DNA of 64,000 nucleotides. Origin: Amphiscolops sp. MND2022. Lineage: Eukaryota. Shown here piece after piece: positions 59,193 through 64,000 of the stretch. The notes under the pieces were generated by a model that saw nothing but the letters and a program-made list of their open reading frames with translations, did not search any database and was not told the DNA's origin. A program made the position numbers and the translations under genes. Location: contig OZ076409.1 of assembly GCA_964187785.1 (NCBI GenBank), positions 92,258,001-92,322,000 of the forward strand, given 5' to 3'. How positions within the stretch are numbered: position 1 is the first letter of the stretch; each line of letters begins with the position of its first letter.

Positions 59193-62100
59193 TGTGCTAT
59201 TAAGTCACCGAAATCCACTGACATACTTTTAAACATGTATTTCACTGATTTTCATTGGATTCCGCTGTAGCCTGTTCTGGATTCTGTACTGACCTACATT
59301 AATAACCAATAGTATTTAGATGTTTATAGAATGTTCTAGAATGTACATTTATTTGATATTGAATGATTGTAAATCTCTACTCCTTCAGAGAGAGAAAACT
59401 AATAATCAGTATTCAGTTGACTTCCTTTTTGTTCTACTCCTAACACCTCGGAATAGTTGTAATAAAGTAAGCTAGCTAGCCTGTCTCTCAGCCGCTTTTA
59501 GTAGTTGCGTATAAGACCATCAAAACAATAACCAACCATTAAAAGCAGCACAATTTGGTGCGACTTGTAAAATTTTTCTTTTGTCTTTTCTCCTGGATGA
59601 TTTCTCTTTTCTCAACAATCATACAAATACCACTCTCCATATTTGAAATTCTCTGGAATTGCAGTGAAATCTTTCTAGAATTTCTTGAAAGTTTGGTCTG
59701 TGACTTTCTAAATTTCATTAACAAATACATCATCGTTCGAAACACAATTTCTCCACTACAACAATCAACTTTAATATAACAAAATTTCTTCAATACCGGT
59801 TTATCACGTTTTCTAACACGTTGACACGGTTCTTTTTCCTGTTCTTCTAGCCATACCGGTTTATCACGTTTTCTAATACGTTGAAACGGTTTCATTTCAG
59901 ACTGATTTATCCATTGTGACACAGTTCTGTTTTTCTTCTTTTTCCAGACTGATTTATCCAAAGTGACACAGTTCTGTTCTCCATACTGATTTATCACAGC
60001 TAATCCGGAAGCTTGTTGAAACAGTTCTTTGATGTTTGTCTGGTTTATCAAGGTTTTCTAACACCTTTGACACAGCAACACTTGTCTGGTTTATCAAGGT
60101 TTTCTAACACCTTTGACACAGCAACTTTCTTCAATCCTGCTATCTTGAACGTCAGGTGGACTCCTGGTGTAATAGTTGACTGAGTGCATGTCCAACTCCG
60201 TTCACCTATAAGCACATACGTCTCAAGATCAACTTCGTGTTGGCAGAAAACCTGGATTTTCTACTTTTACGTTTCGGATCCCCTTTCTACAAAATTTCCT
60301 ATAGAAAAATTTCAGAAATAGACTCTGAAAACAAAAAAAAGGCAACCAAGACTCACTACCAAAAACACCCACGCACTATTCCCTTTCTTTCCCTATTGTC
60401 GACAAACAATACAAATAAATTCACAAAACCTAAATAATACAAATAACTTCAAAAATATTTTCAATAACCAACAAAAATAACAATAACAAATAAAGTCAAA
60501 CTTACCTCAAGTACTTTCAATAATAATAATTTTAACATAATCCTACCAAACAATTATTTTAACAAAATACAACATACAATTTTAACAATTCCTTTGCTTT
60601 AAAACTTAAAATAAGGCATGTAAATAACACAAACAAAGTAAAGTTAGTTTTCTACTTTCAGGCACCCACAATTCCTATCCCCTCCCGTAAGACTTTGCCA
60701 ATCAGATAGCCTTACCAGCGTACTCTGATTCTATGACTGACTAAAAACCTTAGTTAAGTGTAAACGTCTTTAAGGAGAATCGAGAGGACACCGAACTACG
60801 TTCAAATCGTCAAATTTCTCAAGAAGTGAAAGTAAAAGTAAAAGAAACAAAGATCAAATTTTGATCTTGATCAGTATTGATCAGACTTTAGATAGTGGAC
60901 GTTGATTGTTCAGAGTTCCACTCCTTTAGTCTTAAAACACACAACTCACTTAAAATTAAAACAATCTTAGTTTTCTGGACGTGTCAGTAACCTTATGTTA
61001 GACACCTTAAAGTGATCCACACTTAAAATAACATTTAGTTTCTGTTAGCAATCCTTTGAGGTTGAATACAGATCCTACTGCACCCGCTTATTTCTTCTCT
61101 ATCCCAAAATATTAACTTCTCAAATAACTTCAAATTACAATACAACTTATATGAACCCAAACAAAGAAATTTATCCTTTCAACTTTTACATTCCACCAAT
61201 TAGCTCACTTCAAAACCCTACACCAAACGATTTTGAAAGATTAATTGAACGATATCAACGATATTTCTTCTTTATCATAAATCAACAAAAAAATTACCCA
61301 AGAGCTCGAACTTAGAAAATCTTTATATAAGACATTCCAACGTTATAACCTTCACATTACAACATGTGGGAAAAGGTTACCACAGTAGTACTCATTACAA
61401 CATACACGTTTTGTGTCTTATTTATAGTTTGTGTTCTTCTTGAAAAAATCCTTACAGTGATAAGAGATAAACTTTAAAAATGTCCTCAACGATAACCCCT
61501 CTACCTTTCCAAACTCCCGCTTTTCAAAATGCAAAAGTTGTGAAATTAGAAATAAACCCATTTCTAAAAAACATCCTTTCACATTATACACAACCACTCC
61601 CATTTGAAGATGAACCACACACAATTGAAACAATCCCTCTTATTAGAGAACATTTAGACACATACCTTTTCTATATTAGATATAAAGTTTTAACAATCAC
61701 CGAAGAATACCCAACTTTTCAAATATCCTTTCCTCAACAAAAATTTAACTCATCTCATATATATAGAAGAACAATAAACCCAATAAACCTTCAAGTTCCT
61801 ATTAAACAAGTCTTTCATGCTTTTCTAAATAATGTAAAAGACCACAATTTAGCACACGAAATTCCAAAATATAGTCCAAATGCACTCGACGATCTTCAAC
61901 GATACATAGACAATTTCGACGTAGAAATTATTGAAACATTGGTTAATCCTGAAGACAATCCTCATCATTGGTTACAAACTGATATATTACAAATTCAAAA
62001 TTTCATCTACCACTACTTCAAAGACCTAACATTAAATGACCAAACAATTCCTCAGATCAAAGTAATATCTTTATTTCTCAGAAAATATTTCAGATTTAAT

Positions 62101-64000
62101 TATCAATTATTATGGGCTCAACAAGATCAACCTGCTTTTACAGAGTTCCCAGATCAATTTACATCAGAAGAATGTTTACCATTCATCATCAGTGAACAAA
62201 ATGAACACCCTTATTTTCATAAACCACAATTAATTACAAAACAAACCTTAGATTACATACGTTTCGATCCTCTATTAATTACAGAAAATGATCTATTCCC
62301 AGATAATAGACCTTACCACTATCAACAAAATTCTCAAGATCAACAAATTTTACATTTTAACACTAACAATTCTACTGAAGATGATAACACCGATCAAGAA
62401 AATACAACCCAACAACAAAATCAACCTGAAAACTATAACGATAATGAGTTTACTACCCAAGAATCTACAATCTCAACATAAAATCCATCACAAACAGGGA
62501 CATCAACATCAGTACATACTCACTCCCTTAGAGTTCCAACTAGAGTTATAAGTCAAGGACAAAATGTACATAGTCCTCAATCTCATTTAGATACATCTCC
62601 AAACCGTAATATAACTTTTAACCTTCCACATACAGATGACATAAACGATGAAACCCGTGATACATTACAATATACATCTAGTACTCAGAATACTTCTGCT
62701 AATGTTGCATCTCCAACAAGAACTACCTCTGATTCTACAAGATACATAACTCGACCTAGATATGATCCTCCATCAATTCCCTCCTCCTTTCGCTCAAACC
62801 GATCAACCATTTCTAGTAGCAATTTTAATGATAATCCTCAAACTTCTAACCGATATTACGATCCATTTAATTATAACTTTTATCCTCCATCAAACACAAC
62901 TACCAATACAAATATAAGCCAAAACCACTCTCAAATCAATCCAATTTCAACAACACAAAATCCCTTCATACAATTATCAAATACCAATACGTCCCAAATA
63001 TATTCTCAAAATCGAGGAACCTCGTGTACTTCTATTTCTTATTCTAATATTACACAGAAGTCTCAAAGAAGACTTCATAATCCTCCACTCACACATATAC
63101 CAACTGATCCTCTGTATCAAACGCATTCAAATCCAAATCCTAACCCTAATCCTAACCCATTACCATCAAATACAATCCAACATATACCTCCACCACTCAC
63201 ACAACAATTAGCTCCGCCACCCCAATATATCCCAATACCGCAAGATACCTTTTTAAACATGTCCGCTTCAATACCAGAACCTATGAAACCTTTTGATGGT
63301 TTGGACCATTCTTACACCCCCGAAGAATATCTACAACAAGTCGAAGCGAGATTAACCTTCGCCATAGGTGAAGAGCCTCAAAATAATCCTATAAAATACA
63401 AATCTTGGCATAATAGACGCATGGCTTACATACAATGTTCATTAATAGGAACAGCTCTCGATTGGTACACTAACCTCCATATATCATATAAACAACAATG
63501 GAATTCCATTGTACAATTATTCAAAAAACAATTCTCATCTCAAAAACTGCTTACTACGCTCAAGTAGAAGCTATGTCACTCATGAAAAAGGATAATGAAA
63601 CAGTTCGCCACTTTGCCCTTAGAGTACAACAATTAGTTAAAAAGGGATGGTGTAATGAAAATGCAGCTACCATAAATCTCAAAAATACCGAAATCTTTAC
63701 AAAAGGGTTACCAAAGAAATTAAAAGATTTTGCCCATAAACGACAAGTTAAACATGTATCAACATTACTTGAACCTTCAATACCATTTCATACACTTGTT
63801 AGACATGTCGATTCAGAAGATATTGCTAATGAAAAATCAGAACTAACGACTTAGCCCTAGAAATAAACAAAGTATCGCTTGAAGAAGATACTAACAAAAA
63901 AGAATTTGAATACGAAGATCAGATAATGGTTACTCAAACTGGAGACCCAAATAACAAAAGCAAACCAGCGTATAAAAAATATTGTTCCTATTGTCATAAA
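59193..64000 (+). mobile_element. 5' part of another Gypsy-like LTR retrotransposon (short LTR, long leader, long gag), decayed; runs off the window
   Basis: Putative LTR 59193-59552 (TGTGCT...AGCACA, AATAAA at 59461), PBS-like TGGTGCGAC at 59556, leader tandem repeats (60 bp at 59795-59890, 45 bp at 60038-60125), A/C-rich sense strand. Confidence 0.7.
61151..64000 (+). pseudogene. gag: Long gag-like ORF with stops and frameshifts
   Basis: Capsid-like 'FDGLDHSYTPEEYLQQVE...IQCSLIGTALDWY...ETVRHFALRV' and the start of a CCHC knuckle (YCSYCHK) at the window end. A large unrecognised N-terminal domain (61480-62481) and an N/S/T/P-rich linker precede it. Confidence 0.7.

Noticed and set aside
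63130..63160. Telomere-like CCTAAC repeats
   Set aside because: Only about 4 imperfect units, encoding NPNPNP within gag.

Overview
Transposon-dense, AT-rich eukaryotic DNA (spliceosomal introns; probably an invertebrate, taxon not determinable from the sequence). The centrepiece is an intact, very young 19.2-kb Ty3/Gypsy LTR retrotransposon at 9623-28829 (minus strand). It has 2237-bp LTRs with about 4 mismatches, a CTCAG target-site duplication and gag/pol joined by a -1 frameshift. Between pol and the 3' LTR it carries an antisense 8-exon gene. All 7 introns are GT-AG and phase-consistent, giving about 1059 aa: an acidic disordered N-terminus, a BED-type zinc finger and what looks like a catalytically dead hAT-transposase body. 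The non-coding DNA of this element is studded with dozens of copies of one bipartite motif, GATG-N7-GATG. A second, divergent and decayed Gypsy element (32816-42447) carries a homologous antisense spliced gene and a different bipartite motif (AGGC at 12-bp pitch). Together they suggest a retrotransposon-encoded DNA-binding protein plus cognate site-array system; this is inference, not demonstrated. The rest of the window holds: a nested MULE/LINE/MITE stack; LINEs with a separate SGNH-esterase-like ORF0; a probable solo LTR; several MITEs; a host gene with tandem F-type-lectin-like domains (49513-56526, minus); and the 5' part of another Gypsy-like element. All domain calls are by-eye motif recognition, not database results.
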